Positions 45,858-56,105 of a stretch of DNA of 61,282 nucleotides are shown here, in pieces (the stretch's first letter is position 1; each line of letters opens with the position of its first letter). The notes beneath the pieces are model-generated. The model ran no database searches and was not told the DNA's origin. It saw only the letters and a program-made list of their open reading frames with translations. A program made the translations under genes and the position numbers. This stretch comes from a virus (Duplodnaviria > Caudoviricetes): IMG/VR virus record IMGVR_UViG_3300033402_000012, positions 1-61,282 of that record; one strand, written 5' to 3'.

Positions 45858-45907
45858 CTTCCCTATAAATGAAGATAAATTGAGATTCAGTGTATAGCTC
45901 CTTTCGT

Positions 45908-46432
45908 TTAGAAGTCCCTTGGTGGATTATCATATTCTCTTGGGCCGGACATAAACCCCCAATTTAATTGGCCCATATTGGGTGTCGGAAGTGTTTGGGC
46001 GGCGCGCACGTGGGGACCGGGTTCGTCCACTCGCGCTAAATATTCAATGGCCGATGCGTAGACGCTAGAGTCTGGTCCTATAGTAGAAGGCCGGAAGTTA
46101 GGAGAGGGAATTCGCCTACTTTGTCGTGCTACTCTCCTAGTTTGTGGAATCAATCTTCCGAGACTTCCATCTCCTGCAATCAATTGCTTATACTTCGACA
46201 GCCTCTTCCGCGTCCACTTCGGCTCTCTCAACAAAACTAACTTGTGACTCGGAGGCATGAATCGCATCAAGTAGAGAAGTCGTTCCTTTTTCGTCCATTT
46301 ATCCCACTCAGCGGGCAAGGGAGTCTTAGACAAATGACGAGCATAATTCAAGAACATGTATTGAATGGCATCGCCACCCCACTTAATAGCCCCATCTGGA
46401 CGAACTATAATGATTCTGAGTTTGGTGGACAT
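45908..46432 (-). CDS. Hypothetical basic protein
   Basis: GGAGGA RBS; abuts the ATP-grasp gene. Confidence 0.55.
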   Translation of the reverse strand: MSTKLRIIIVRPDGAIKWGGDAIQYMFLNYARHLSKTPLPAEWDKWTKKERLLYLMRFMPPSHKLVLLREPKWTRKRLSKYKQLIAGDGSLGRLIPQTRRVARQSRRIPSPNFRPSTIGPDSSVYASAIEYLARVDEPGPHVRAAQTLPTPNMGQLNWGFMSGPREYDNPPRDF

Positions 46433-47203
46433 TTATCCTCCATAATCATACGCCGGACATCTATTTTCAACCCAAGTCTTGATTCGATTCGCTAACTTTC
46501 GTAACCCCACCGAAGTTGTTGCGCTCACACCCGGCGCAGAGTTTACTTCCAGAACCACGGGGTGGTTGTTGGCTAACATTCCAATATCCACTGCTCCGAA
46601 GTCCAAGGTCAAGCAATTTGTTGCTCGACATGCAATCTCCGCACAACTCTTCAAATGAGTTTCTGGTGGCATATATTCAAACCGCCAGCCAAAATCGTGA
46701 TTGCGCCTGAGTCCATCCCACTGCTCAGGATAGGCCAAAACTTTCTTATACATTGCCAGCGTCTTTCCACGGTAAGTCCACACACGATACTCGTCTCGAA
46801 AATCGAACTTCTGTACATAATAATCCCAACCCCTGCGGAGACATCGTTCAGCATCATTGCGATTATTGCACAAAACAATATCGGTCCCACCACGATGCGT
46901 TCGCTTTCGAGCAAGAATGGGAAACAAAGTCATTTCATCCGTGTAACAATCCATATGAAATGGAACGGGAGCTAAAATGTGTTCTGCTTGAAACTTCACT
47001 AACGCATCTCGCTTATCCACAAGCGTCGCACTTGCGTTTAAGGTCTTTCTACTCGTAGTTGAAGGAGCGCCCCAACACACCGTGGCATCATACGTCTCAG
47101 AAGCATTGGACACAACGGCAAAGTCTCTTTCAAGAAGTAATTCTCGAAGAAAGTTTGCCGTCGGTCTACACCCCTTTCCCCTCTTAATCCGAATTATTGA
47201 CAT
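46433..47203 (-). CDS. ATP-grasp ligase
   Basis: DKRDAL, H.GGTDI, EYRVW, RNH..GW.F, DFGAVD, LEVNSAPG. Confidence 0.88.
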   Translation of the reverse strand: MSIIRIKRGKGCRPTANFLRELLLERDFAVVSNASETYDATVCWGAPSTTSRKTLNASATLVDKRDALVKFQAEHILAPVPFHMDCYTDEMTLFPILARKRTHRGGTDIVLCNNRNDAERCLRRGWDYYVQKFDFRDEYRVWTYRGKTLAMYKKVLAYPEQWDGLRRNHDFGWRFEYMPPETHLKSCAEIACRATNCLTLDFGAVDIGMLANNHPVVLEVNSAPGVSATTSVGLRKLANRIKTWVENRCPAYDYGG

Positions 47204-47211
47204 CTTCCTCC

Positions 47212-48243
47212 TTACTGAACCAATGAACGCTTTTCCATCAAATGATTACCACAACCGCCCTTGTTCTTTTCCGTTGGGCAAGTATACTCATAAGCATTCG
47301 CATTCTTTGGAATCACCCACTCCTTCCCGCACTTCGGACAAACAACCAATTTCTTGTTGCTGTTGTCCTTGTCCTTTTCCTTCGTATCATCCTTCTTGTT
47401 GTCTTTGTGTGTCGAATCAAATCTTGATTGCCTTGAAGAATAGTCCTCATACGTTCGACGATTTGGCTCTGTATAAGACCACTTCAACGCCTTGAACTCT
47501 CGATGGTAGTTAATGAAGTCTCCGTTGTCCAATCTTCCAACGACAGTCAAAGTGTCATTTGCCATTGGCGAGAAAGCTAAATCAGGCCGCTTGACTTGGA
47601 AATGCTGCCCAAATCTCTCAACAAACGGCTTCATCGCTTTGTAAATCGTGTCCTGCTCACTGGCGAACACAAACATATTCTCTGTGCTAGCCAAAGACAT
47701 TGGACTACCACTTCTCAAAAGCAATATACGATGCTTGAACTCAGGATGGAAGACAGCCGCAGCCACACTTCCACAGATTTTGTTGAGATTCTTGTACGCT
47801 TTCTCCGAGAATCCATGTTCATCAATAATGGCTCGGATGATGTCGCTGTCCGTTTCCGCTGACCGCTTTAGCTTCAAATCCTTGAACAACGTGTCATCAT
47901 TAGAAATAACGCCATTGTGAATGACAGCACACGCACCAGAAAACATCGGATGATTGTTCTCATTCTTACGTGGATTGCCTTGTGAAGCCAGTCGCGCATG
48001 GACAATTGCACCCCATGTCGTCGGCTTCAAATTCTCTTCGATGAAGTCTTTGTATCCTTTGGTTGATACAAACCTCCACGGAGCATCATCACTCTTACAG
48101 ACTTGCACAGACCCATCGTCCTGTGACAATGCAACTCCACTGGCATCATTGCCTCTATGTTCATTACCAACTAACAACATGGCAATGGTTTCTTCCTTGA
48201 TTGGTTCTTCACCAAAGCGGATAACTCCGCCTATTCCACAGAT
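47212..48243 (-). CDS. Class II (Ntn) glutamine amidotransferase, apparently starting at ATC
   Basis: CGIGG N-terminus, RG.DASG, HARLASQG, NNHP, HNG.I.N, ETDSD, FASE. Confidence 0.88.
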   Translation of the reverse strand: MCGIGGVIRFGEEPIKEETIAMLLVGNEHRGNDASGVALSQDDGSVQVCKSDDAPWRFVSTKGYKDFIEENLKPTTWGAIVHARLASQGNPRKNENNHPMFSGACAVIHNGVISNDDTLFKDLKLKRSAETDSDIIRAIIDEHGFSEKAYKNLNKICGSVAAAVFHPEFKHRILLLRSGSPMSLASTENMFVFASEQDTIYKAMKPFVERFGQHFQVKRPDLAFSPMANDTLTVVGRLDNGDFINYHREFKALKWSYTEPNRRTYEDYSSRQSRFDSTHKDNKKDDTKEKDKDNSNKKLVVCPKCGKEWVIPKNANAYEYTCPTEKNKGGCGNHLMEKRSLVQ

Positions 48244-48264
48244 ATAGCTACCCTTCCTTTCGTT

Positions 48265-49977
48265 TTATGGTTCTACAGATTCAAAGTGTCTACCACCAAG
48301 ACCCGGAACGAATACATTTACGCTTCCTGCTCTCGGCAGTGATGTTTCTACAACAGCCTGATTTGTACCACCCCTAATAGTTCCTTCATCTTGTTGTTGT
48401 ACGATGTCCGCTAGTTGTACGACTTCTCCTTCGGGAAATACCGTGTCCACCCGACTTAATGGCTGGACTTCGGGCGGTTCTCCCTTGCATTGAAAATCCT
48501 TGCCAACCAGTTTTTCGTAATTTTCTGCTTTGCAAACTGGTAGGCACCCGCTCTTTACCATCAATCTCCTAATCTCAAGAATAAGGTCCTTCTTGACCTC
48601 ACCATTCCGGTGACAATCCTGTGGAATGTGGAACTCAATGTTATCTGTACTCGACCCAATGGTTGTTCTTAACTGCCTTATTTCCTTACAGTTATCCTTG
48701 ATGTACTTCATCATCGCCTTGCGGTCGAACGCCATCTTGTACGGATGGATAACATGGATACAACCTCTCGATGCATGGTTGTTTATCGTCGCTGTGTATT
48801 GGTAGGCGACCATTCCCTGTGCTGTCTCTGTCGTTCCATAAGAGTGTGGTATTGCACCCACTCGACTGAACCCCGCTGGCATTCTAAAGGGCTTCCACGT
48901 TGGCTCCGGCAAATCCGCCTTGAACGGGATAGCCCCCGTAAACCATCGAAACAACTTCCTCACCGAATCCTCAGATGGTGGAATCACGGGAGGTATGTAC
49001 AAACTCGTTGGATTGAACTTGTGCGAATAAGGAACTAAATTCCAGTTATTCGAGAAGTTTTCCTCTTTGTATTGCGGCCATCCCAATACTTCAAGTGCAG
49101 CCAAAGCTATTCTTGCATCATCATCATCATTCGCATATGACCTAAGCAAATTCTTCATGGCGACCGGGAGGTTTGTTTCTTTTGTCCCAATATTCCCCAA
49201 ATTATGGAACACAGCCAACTTCGCAAATACCAATGTCAAATACGCCGATAACGGTGAGTGCAACCAAGTGGGCATCGTCCGATACTCAAATCCATGTGTT
49301 TGTGTTCGCCAATCCCCGGCTTTTCCATAGTTCGTAACTCTCCGCCGTCTCTGCGAACCCGATGTGTCAATCAAACAAAGTTTCTCTAAGATTGCTGTCA
49401 ACGTATCCAATGATGGAATAATAGACTCAATTGCTCCATGTCTTCGGCCAATGTGAATGTGACCTCCAATTCCATCATCAGCAAATAACCCCGGCGCGAG
49501 TAAATGAAAACGACTCAAGTTCCAAAACTCATTCCCCCAAGCCAACGTATCCATAATACTCGCCACAACTTCTAAAACAAATCGGCTCGGACAAACCCTC
49601 AACTCCGCCTGCCTTCCACTCATATCGCATCCAAGTGGGTCGAGTGTGGACATCCCAACATTCTGAGCATGTATGTAACGATAGCGGTCTTGTAATGCTG
49701 TTCCTGGCGGGAATCCAACTAAAGCGCCCGCAGCATTCCGCAGTGGTTCGCCAAGCACAAACTCTGGGTCGGCCCCTACACAAAACCGATTAACCAATCG
49801 TGGCACAACCGGAAATTTCATGCTTCGGTTCGCATAAAATCTCTTACGCCATTTCTCAAGAATATCCCTTGGCGCTCCTACTCCCGTAGCCATCGCAAAC
49901 TCCAAGAACTTCTTTTCGGTTACGCGATTGTCAACAACTGCCGAGAACAGGCGTCGTTTTTCATCCCTTAGATCCAT
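48265..49977 (-). CDS. phiEco32-like COOH-NH2 ligase type 2, copy 1
   Basis: GADPEF, AELR, GGHIHIG, RR...YG.AG.WR...HG.EYRT; probable ATG at 49977. Confidence 0.88.
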   Translation of the reverse strand: MDLRDEKRRLFSAVVDNRVTEKKFLEFAMATGVGAPRDILEKWRKRFYANRSMKFPVVPRLVNRFCVGADPEFVLGEPLRNAAGALVGFPPGTALQDRYRYIHAQNVGMSTLDPLGCDMSGRQAELRVCPSRFVLEVVASIMDTLAWGNEFWNLSRFHLLAPGLFADDGIGGHIHIGRRHGAIESIIPSLDTLTAILEKLCLIDTSGSQRRRRVTNYGKAGDWRTQTHGFEYRTMPTWLHSPLSAYLTLVFAKLAVFHNLGNIGTKETNLPVAMKNLLRSYANDDDDARIALAALEVLGWPQYKEENFSNNWNLVPYSHKFNPTSLYIPPVIPPSEDSVRKLFRWFTGAIPFKADLPEPTWKPFRMPAGFSRVGAIPHSYGTTETAQGMVAYQYTATINNHASRGCIHVIHPYKMAFDRKAMMKYIKDNCKEIRQLRTTIGSSTDNIEFHIPQDCHRNGEVKKDLILEIRRLMVKSGCLPVCKAENYEKLVGKDFQCKGEPPEVQPLSRVDTVFPEGEVVQLADIVQQQDEGTIRGGTNQAVVETSLPRAGSVNVFVPGLGGRHFESVEP

Positions 49978-50043
49978 TCTTCTTCTCCAACATCCACAAA
50001 GAATACCACCCCGAATACGAATGCTAACACATACCACCAAACT

Positions 50044-50631
50044 TTAGAGCGTGCTTCCATCATCACTGTCTCCTGTAACATATATTGTCTTTGTCAATTG
50101 AAGTGCCGCTTCCAATGCTTCCGGTGTAAAATCCTCATGGCACCACTTGTCAATGCAGTCCCCATCCTTGCACAATGGCACGCCCCACTCGGTATTTTTT
50201 GTTCGCATGTTGCAAATTACACAAACCATATCCTTACGCAAGAGATTGTATGCTCCGACTAGCTTCCCAAAACATCCCGTATCCTCATTGTGAGCATCTC
50301 GAAATGCCTTTGAAAAACTAGATGACGCGCAATACCTACAAACCACAACGGAGGGGACGTTATTCACCACATCTACACCCCAAAATCTGTACTCTGAATT
50401 GTCAAACTCAATCCTTGTATCACTCAAAACCAAATACTGCTTCGCCGTGTATTTTGCTGGAAGAACACTTCTTCCATAGTGATAGTCTCCCCTAAGCACA
50501 TTCAATCGGGTCTTCAATGGAATCACTGGTGGTGTATGGGTATAGACGAGCCTAGGATACGGCTGCAACCTTATCCCGTGTGATACACACGATGCCAATA
50601 TCCGCCATCTTGGGACTTCTACTTGGTGCAT
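50044..50631 (-). CDS. Hypothetical Cys-rich protein
   Basis: Several CxxC motifs; RBS present. Confidence 0.6.
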   Translation of the reverse strand: MHQVEVPRWRILASCVSHGIRLQPYPRLVYTHTPPVIPLKTRLNVLRGDYHYGRSVLPAKYTAKQYLVLSDTRIEFDNSEYRFWGVDVVNNVPSVVVCRYCASSSFSKAFRDAHNEDTGCFGKLVGAYNLLRKDMVCVICNMRTKNTEWGVPLCKDGDCIDKWCHEDFTPEALEAALQLTKTIYVTGDSDDGSTL

Positions 50632-50649
50632 TCTTTCCTTCCCTCACTC

Positions 50650-51238
50650 GAAATTTTGAGAGGCGTGGGCCACTCGGACTTCGTGTGCATAGTTTAGCCG
50701 TTGGCATCCTTTAGGATAGCCACCACGCCCCATCCTTTACCGCCTCTCTAGCAGCCTTTCACCTAGAGCGCAGACGGGAAACTCACTACCTTACCATTAC
50801 ATGCGGTATCGGTAGTGGAGCTGGTCGCGGACCACCACCATCAGCCATTGCAATTAGTATTCAGCCCTTTACAACTAAATTTTTCAGGGGTTCCACTCTT
50901 CTCAACTAAAGACTGAAACCCCCGGTGCCACCAACTACTTATGTTCGCGCGGTCCCTTAGCGTCCCAAGGGTGTCAGTTAGGCAGGTACTTGACCGTCCA
51001 ACGACGGGTTTTCCCCATGTCGCGCTAGCTCCCGAAGACACTTGCGTGCCCTCCACTAGAGCATACCCTTACGGGCGTCGTTCAACAGAATGTCTTGTCC
51101 GTTGAGCGCCACTTCAACGGCTACTCACGCTCCGTCGTTCCGAAGCTAGGCCCATATCTAAGGAGCGACCTTAGAGGCACGGAGTCCGTGGAGACACAAG
51201 ATAACCAGTGTTGCTTGTGTCCTAGCGGGTTCAACGCA
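50650..51238 (-). ncRNA. Candidate large structured ncRNA (about 590 nt)
   Basis: Long gap with no credible ORF, more than 10 hairpins, several GNRA tetraloops and G-U pairs on the - strand. Confidence 0.65.
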
Positions 51239-52162
51239 CTACAGCAACTCAATCTTGACCAAATTACTTGTCACAACACAATGAGCCGAATGGTTTGGCA
51301 AAACCGCATCATCAAACATATACAATGAAATTCCCAATTGAAATTCCGGCCACGAAATCAAATTACCCTTTCGTGAGCGATGCGCGCCCGACCTCTCCGT
51401 TACCGTCACTTGCTCCCAAGTCATTGAATCGGAATCAAGGACGTACTCTGAACCACTGATTGTTGTCGCTTTTATTCGCATAACTAACGACCCTTTCTGG
51501 GTGGGTTAACTTAAATTTACAACTTACAGGCTGCGATGAACCCCCAAATTGAAAGACACAGAATGCTCAATAACCCAAGAATAGAGAAAATTAACAGCAT
51601 ATACTTCACTCGCCACTTCCATTTCAAGTCCCACATAAACTCGAAAAGTTCTTTGTCTGTCATCCTAAAAAAGCCACTTTCGTCGGTTGTGGGATATTGT
51701 CGTGAGATATCCAATCATCGTCTTTTGTGAACTTTCGGACCTCACAAATGCTGACCGGGTAATAGAATCCGTATTCATGGTCGATTCCTACAACCTCAAT
51801 TTCTCCGTCAATCTCTTCTAAAACTCGAATTAAATCTTTTACCTTCATAATCCACCCCCAATGGGTCATAACCTCCGTAGAATTCCTTGAACTAAATGCT
51901 TTATCCAAGCGTGTTTCCCGTGCTTCTTATCGCACAACTTATTTGGAAATCCTTCCCGCAGTACACCACTGGCTACGACCACTAACTCTCCACTGTTCGA
52001 GAAAGGAAATGCGGTTTCTACTAGGTATTTCCAGTAACCTAAGTCGCACTCAAGGTCAGGATGTTCATAAAATCCCACTAAAGTTATAACCACCTTATTC
52101 CCTGTTTCTGCTTCTCTTATTGCATGTGAATGTTCTCTCATCATTAACTCCTTAAAAATCAA
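51239..52162 (-). other. Four small hypothetical ORFs (51239-51481, 51517-51663, 51660-51848, 51866-52144)
   Basis: Co-directional with RBSs. Confidence 0.55.
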
Positions 52163-52170
52163 ATTCCCGC

Positions 52171-52393
52171 TACAGCATCAAGAAACTGTCTCCTGTTCCG
52201 TTGGCCACGTTATGATGAGAGTTAAGAAAATCTAACCGGGGCATCATCCCATCTCATGCCGAATGCCGCCCGAAGGCTGGACTCACATCTTCACAAGACA
52301 GTCCGCACCGATTTTACTTAACGGAGTCTCCATAACAACGACCACGACGGCCAATGACGGAGTTCCCTCCCCGGCCCAAAAAGAGCCGCTGTA
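52171..52393 (-). ncRNA. Candidate structured ncRNA (about 220 nt), rod with branched tip
   Basis: Nested helices TACAGC/GCTGTA, TTGGCC/GGCCAA, GTTATG/CATAAC, GTTAAG-T-AAAATC/GATTTTCTTAAC; cUUCGg tetraloop. Confidence 0.65.
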
Positions 52394-52424
52394 CATTAAC
52401 CGCCAACAGAGCGCGTTTCAGCTC

Positions 52425-52709
52425 TTAGCTGTCGCGGGAAGCTTTTTGTCGTGCAAGATGTTCTATACACTCACCTTTTATTCTAGCCAAAAGCGCCGGG
52501 TCCATATATACCACACACGACGATATAAATCCACCGTCTATCACTGCCCAAATTCCCCATTCCCAATCCGCAGGTGACTTCACTCGCATTTTATATAGTG
52601 CTTTACTGGCGTTTAACAGACCACGCTCAGTGTTAGGGTAGGATTTAGTGACCGTTCGTTTTCCAGAAAAGTCAATTATGCTCGGTCCTACCCAGGCCAT
52701 GTACTTCAT
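52425..52709 (-). CDS. Hypothetical protein
   Basis: TGATG coupling with the upstream ORF. Confidence 0.55.
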   Translation of the reverse strand: MKYMAWVGPSIIDFSGKRTVTKSYPNTERGLLNASKALYKMRVKSPADWEWGIWAVIDGGFISSCVVYMDPALLARIKGECIEHLARQKASRDS

Positions 52710-52978
52710 CAGTTATAGTCTCCCCAATTCTCCGAGTTCCATCTCGCTGCTAATGATGAAACATGATTGAACTGTTGTGCACGTTTTAATTCATCGGCGC
52801 AACTCTCTCGTCCACAAGTTGGCTTGTCATCAATCTTTTCCGTAGTCGGACGCCCGCAAATGCACTTCGAGTTCGGGTCAATTTCTCCCTTTCCTGAACA
52901 CAGCGAGCACACATCCTCAAATGAAAACTTGTGTCCGCGACATTGTGGGCAGGTGACGGTCACTTTATGTGTCTCCAT
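52709..52978 (-). CDS. Zn-finger protein (DnaJ-like CxxCxGxG)
   Basis: CPQCRG, CSLCSGKG, CICG, C...C. Confidence 0.6.
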   Translation of the reverse strand: METHKVTVTCPQCRGHKFSFEDVCSLCSGKGEIDPNSKCICGRPTTEKIDDKPTCGRESCADELKRAQQFNHVSSLAARWNSENWGDYN

Positions 52979-53120
52979 AGCCGGATATTTCTAATGCTGG
53001 AATTATTTCTTTTTTCTTTTCTCAGGTACTTTATAAACTGTATGGCCGTTTGATACTTCAAGAAAAATCTGAAACCGTCTTCATGGAAGCCACCGGATTG
53101 AAAGGTAACAATATAACGTG

Positions 53121-54284
53121 TCATGAGCTAATCCCCTTATATCCCGACATCACATATCCATACCACGACAGTTGAGAATGCTTTTCATTGTAGTCATCAT
53201 GTGCGGAATTCCCGAACAGCCAGTTCTTCGTCAAATCCTCCGGGTCGCTCACAATGCTTTCCACGCCATTCATCCCCAAATTAAAAATCGCTTCTCTTAC
53301 CATAATTGTCGGGAAAGCATAACTTTGCACCATCCAAATGAACATATCCCGGTTCAGTTCTAGCAACCTCCGCGCTTGCTTGACATCGCAATTGTTGACA
53401 ATCTCTCGAACTAAATCCTTGTCTGCAACCCACAAATCCCGATACTTCGTGTGCGCCAATTTCACACAAGCCCTTGCGACTTCCCATGTCGCATGGCAAA
53501 TCGCAGGATGGCACAGCCAATAATTCGACAAAACTCTGTACTCCACTCCGAGTAGGTCTTTACCATATTCAGAACTCTTCTTGTACGTTGGCGTCCGATA
53601 TTCCCCCGCTAGCCCATAATACTTTCTCCGAATAGGAGAATCAATGTTCGCGGCAACTCCAACCGCCCAAACAGCCAAAATCGAATCTAGCGTGTTTACA
53701 ATCTTAGCATATTCTGGTGGCTTTTCAGGAAACCATTTTCCAAAATGCAAATGTCCACCAGCAAACCGATACTTTAACTTCCTTGGATTCTCAACCTGAA
53801 TTCCGTGGTCGTCGTAGATATTCTCACTCGGAGAACACCCAAGCGCAACATGTTCTTGCTCGGCACTTAACAACATGGAGTCAGGAATCCTAAGCACATT
53901 TCTCATGGTCAACTTCGCGCCTTTTTCTCCGGCGCGCATTGCCAAGCCTTCCAAACACTTTCGCATCCCCAACGTGAAGTACATCAAGCATTCTTTTGGT
54001 TGAGCGCAAAACTCTGCCTGAAACCCATCCCAAAACGGAGTGCGCTGATAGAAAGCACCTGTTCTATATCCCGTATTGGCCTGAACCTTCGCTTCCTTCT
54101 TCGATGGCAAGAACTGAAATGCCGGGAAAACTTCATCGCCCTTCATCAAGAAGATTTCCGGGTCTGAGCCAATTGAGAAGGAAGTATATTCTTCTCCGGG
54201 AGTGTGCAGGTGAATACTTCTACTACGCACCCACTCCGCTTGATGACTCAACTCCCCTATCGTATTGAAATCAACCTTACTCAT
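53121..54284 (-). CDS. phiEco32-like COOH-NH2 ligase type 2, copy 2
   Basis: GSDPEIF, DGFQAEF, LGC.P..N.Y, RFAGGHLHFG, RRKYYG.AGEYR, GVEYRVLSN.W. Confidence 0.9.
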   Translation of the reverse strand: MSKVDFNTIGELSHQAEWVRSRSIHLHTPGEEYTSFSIGSDPEIFLMKGDEVFPAFQFLPSKKEAKVQANTGYRTGAFYQRTPFWDGFQAEFCAQPKECLMYFTLGMRKCLEGLAMRAGEKGAKLTMRNVLRIPDSMLLSAEQEHVALGCSPSENIYDDHGIQVENPRKLKYRFAGGHLHFGKWFPEKPPEYAKIVNTLDSILAVWAVGVAANIDSPIRRKYYGLAGEYRTPTYKKSSEYGKDLLGVEYRVLSNYWLCHPAICHATWEVARACVKLAHTKYRDLWVADKDLVREIVNNCDVKQARRLLELNRDMFIWMVQSYAFPTIMVREAIFNLGMNGVESIVSDPEDLTKNWLFGNSAHDDYNEKHSQLSWYGYVMSGYKGISS

Positions 54285-54320
54285 CTTTTAGATGAACCTC
54301 CCTCCTATTAGCATCACTCC

Positions 54321-55826
54321 TCACTTTCCAAACTCGTCATAACACTGCTTGCACATCCGAACTCCGTCCCGTGAATACGAAACCTTGCTAACTGGTTCAT
54401 GGCACATCTCACAAATCATCAAATTGAATCCCGGCGCAGGTCCATACCTAATGGGAGTCGCTTCAGGAACGACCTCATACGACACTCTGTGACACTGCGT
54501 ACATTCTTCCTTCTTAAAGAAAGTCTCTGAATACTTTGCAGGTACGACCGAAGTCTCAATCCGTGCATTACACGTACAGAGCTTTATCGTAGGGTTCGTG
54601 ATTTTGGATGTCATCAACCCAATCCTCCAACCTGTGTCTCAATTCCCAATAAATCAGCTTCAAACGCCAAAATCTCGGCCTAATCAATCGAATATCCTGC
54701 AAAATCTCAAACTCAACAGCGTCCACCCACATCGCCTTGACATCCCCGCAAATCAAGCAATCCCAATACTCAAGCCGGAATGGATGCCGCTGGCGATGGA
54801 GCCACAAATGAGGACAGTGGAACATTCTTGCCTCCGTTCTCTTTTTCTTCAACAGCAAGCAACACAGCTTCAATCTCATCCAAAGTCAAGTCATCAAGTT
54901 GGAGGTACAAGGAACTTTGAATAGCTTGCAGATACTTTGGGTCAATAATCCACCCAAGTTCCTGATTGCGCTCATTTGCTCGCGGAAATCTAATCATTTT
55001 ATTCTCCGTAAAAAATTGCCTCTAGGATGTTTTTTAATCCATCTGTCCAATTCCGCGCATTCGTGGTACTCCATGTATTCGCCACCTTCTAATCCAAAAT
55101 ATTCTCGCGTATATACAAACCGCCCACAAACCTTACAACGATTTTTGTGTGTTTTTCTAGTAACCATGAATCCTCCAAACACATCTTCCAGTCACAACCA
55201 AACCCAAAATTGTCGCGCAAATGCCGATGATTGCATAGAGCCAAATCATATACGCTCCCGCTTAAAGAACTGACACCAACACAAATCCTCACCACGCTCA
55301 ATCCCCCATACGTCGCCGCAGAGCGGACATGAAGTTGCGTTTTCGGCATCATGTCCATCAGGATTTAAATTATCTAATAACCAATCAGCGAAACTTTCCC
55401 ATTTTTCATGTGTGTAAATGTCGCCTATCATATTGAAATCAACATCCCCTTCAAAAGTTTTTGGTCCTCATCTGTCAATTCAAGCTCGTTGTAGTCTTTC
55501 ACTTGCCCGGTTAATCGCGGACAATGTTCTTTCTTGTGTTCCTCAATGCTTTTTGCAAGTTCTTCTTTTGAGCGATTCCCTAAAATACAGTTACAATCGG
55601 GACACTTCCACAATCCGTCCATTCCCCCCAACAGTCCTTGTGCTTGGTCTGCTCGCGTCATGGGAACTTCATCGCATTGAGTCGCCGGGATTCCCAAATA
55701 CATCTTTTGCAAAGAGTGAATCGTCTCATGCAATTTGATTCGCTCGTCCAGGGCTTCCTGTGTGATAGCCACCAAATTCTTGTAGCATTGCATACATCGC
55801 CAAGTTTTCCAGACGATTGAACTCAT
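54321..55826 (-). other. Cluster of small, mostly Zn-binding early ORFs
   Basis: ORFs 54321-54617, 54770-54997, 54994-55182, 55246-55431, 55428-55826 with CxxC/CxxH motifs and coupled starts. Confidence 0.55.
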
Positions 55827-55898
55827 GTTAGCTCCCGTATGCTACATAAAAAGACGTTCAAGGAGACACACAAAAAAGAATGTGTCTCGTTCAGCGCC

Positions 55899-56102
55899 TT
55901 ACACACTCCTACTCCAACTCCTACTCCCACTCCCACTCCTACTCCAACTCCAACTCCCACTCCTACTCCCACTCCAACTCCTACTCCCACTCCAACTCCT
56001 ACTCCCACTCCCACTCCTACTCCAACTCCAACTCCCACTCCAACTCCCATTCCCACTCCTCCTCCAACTCCAACTCCCACTCCTACTCCTAAAGAGTGCC
56101 AT
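55899..56102 (-). CDS. 67-aa (R/G/W)-Ser dipeptide-repeat peptide
   Basis: ATG 3 nt after the upstream stop, preceded by GGAAGG. Confidence 0.6.
   Translation of the reverse strand: MALFRSRSGSWSWRRSGNGSWSGSWSWSRSGSGSRSWSGSRSWSGSRSGSWSWSRSGSGSRSWSRSV
55905..56090. repeat. 31 x 6-bp tandem repeat (DGGAGT on the - strand)
   Basis: ACTCC(T/C/A) units on the + strand, two imperfect units. Confidence 0.95.
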
Positions 56103-56105
56103 CTT

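Noticed and set aside
50650-51240. Group II intron (starts with GTGCG)
   Set aside because: No domain V/VI at the 3' end, no interrupted gene and no maturase
50841-51328. Short ORFs inside the large intergenic region, and long antisense ORFs elsewhere (for example 6199-6921, 57099-57650)
   Set aside because: No clear RBS or protein motifs; shadows of real genes or of structured RNA
55905-56090. CRISPR array or DGR template/variable repeat
   Set aside because: 6-bp units without spacers; no reverse transcriptase or cas operon seen
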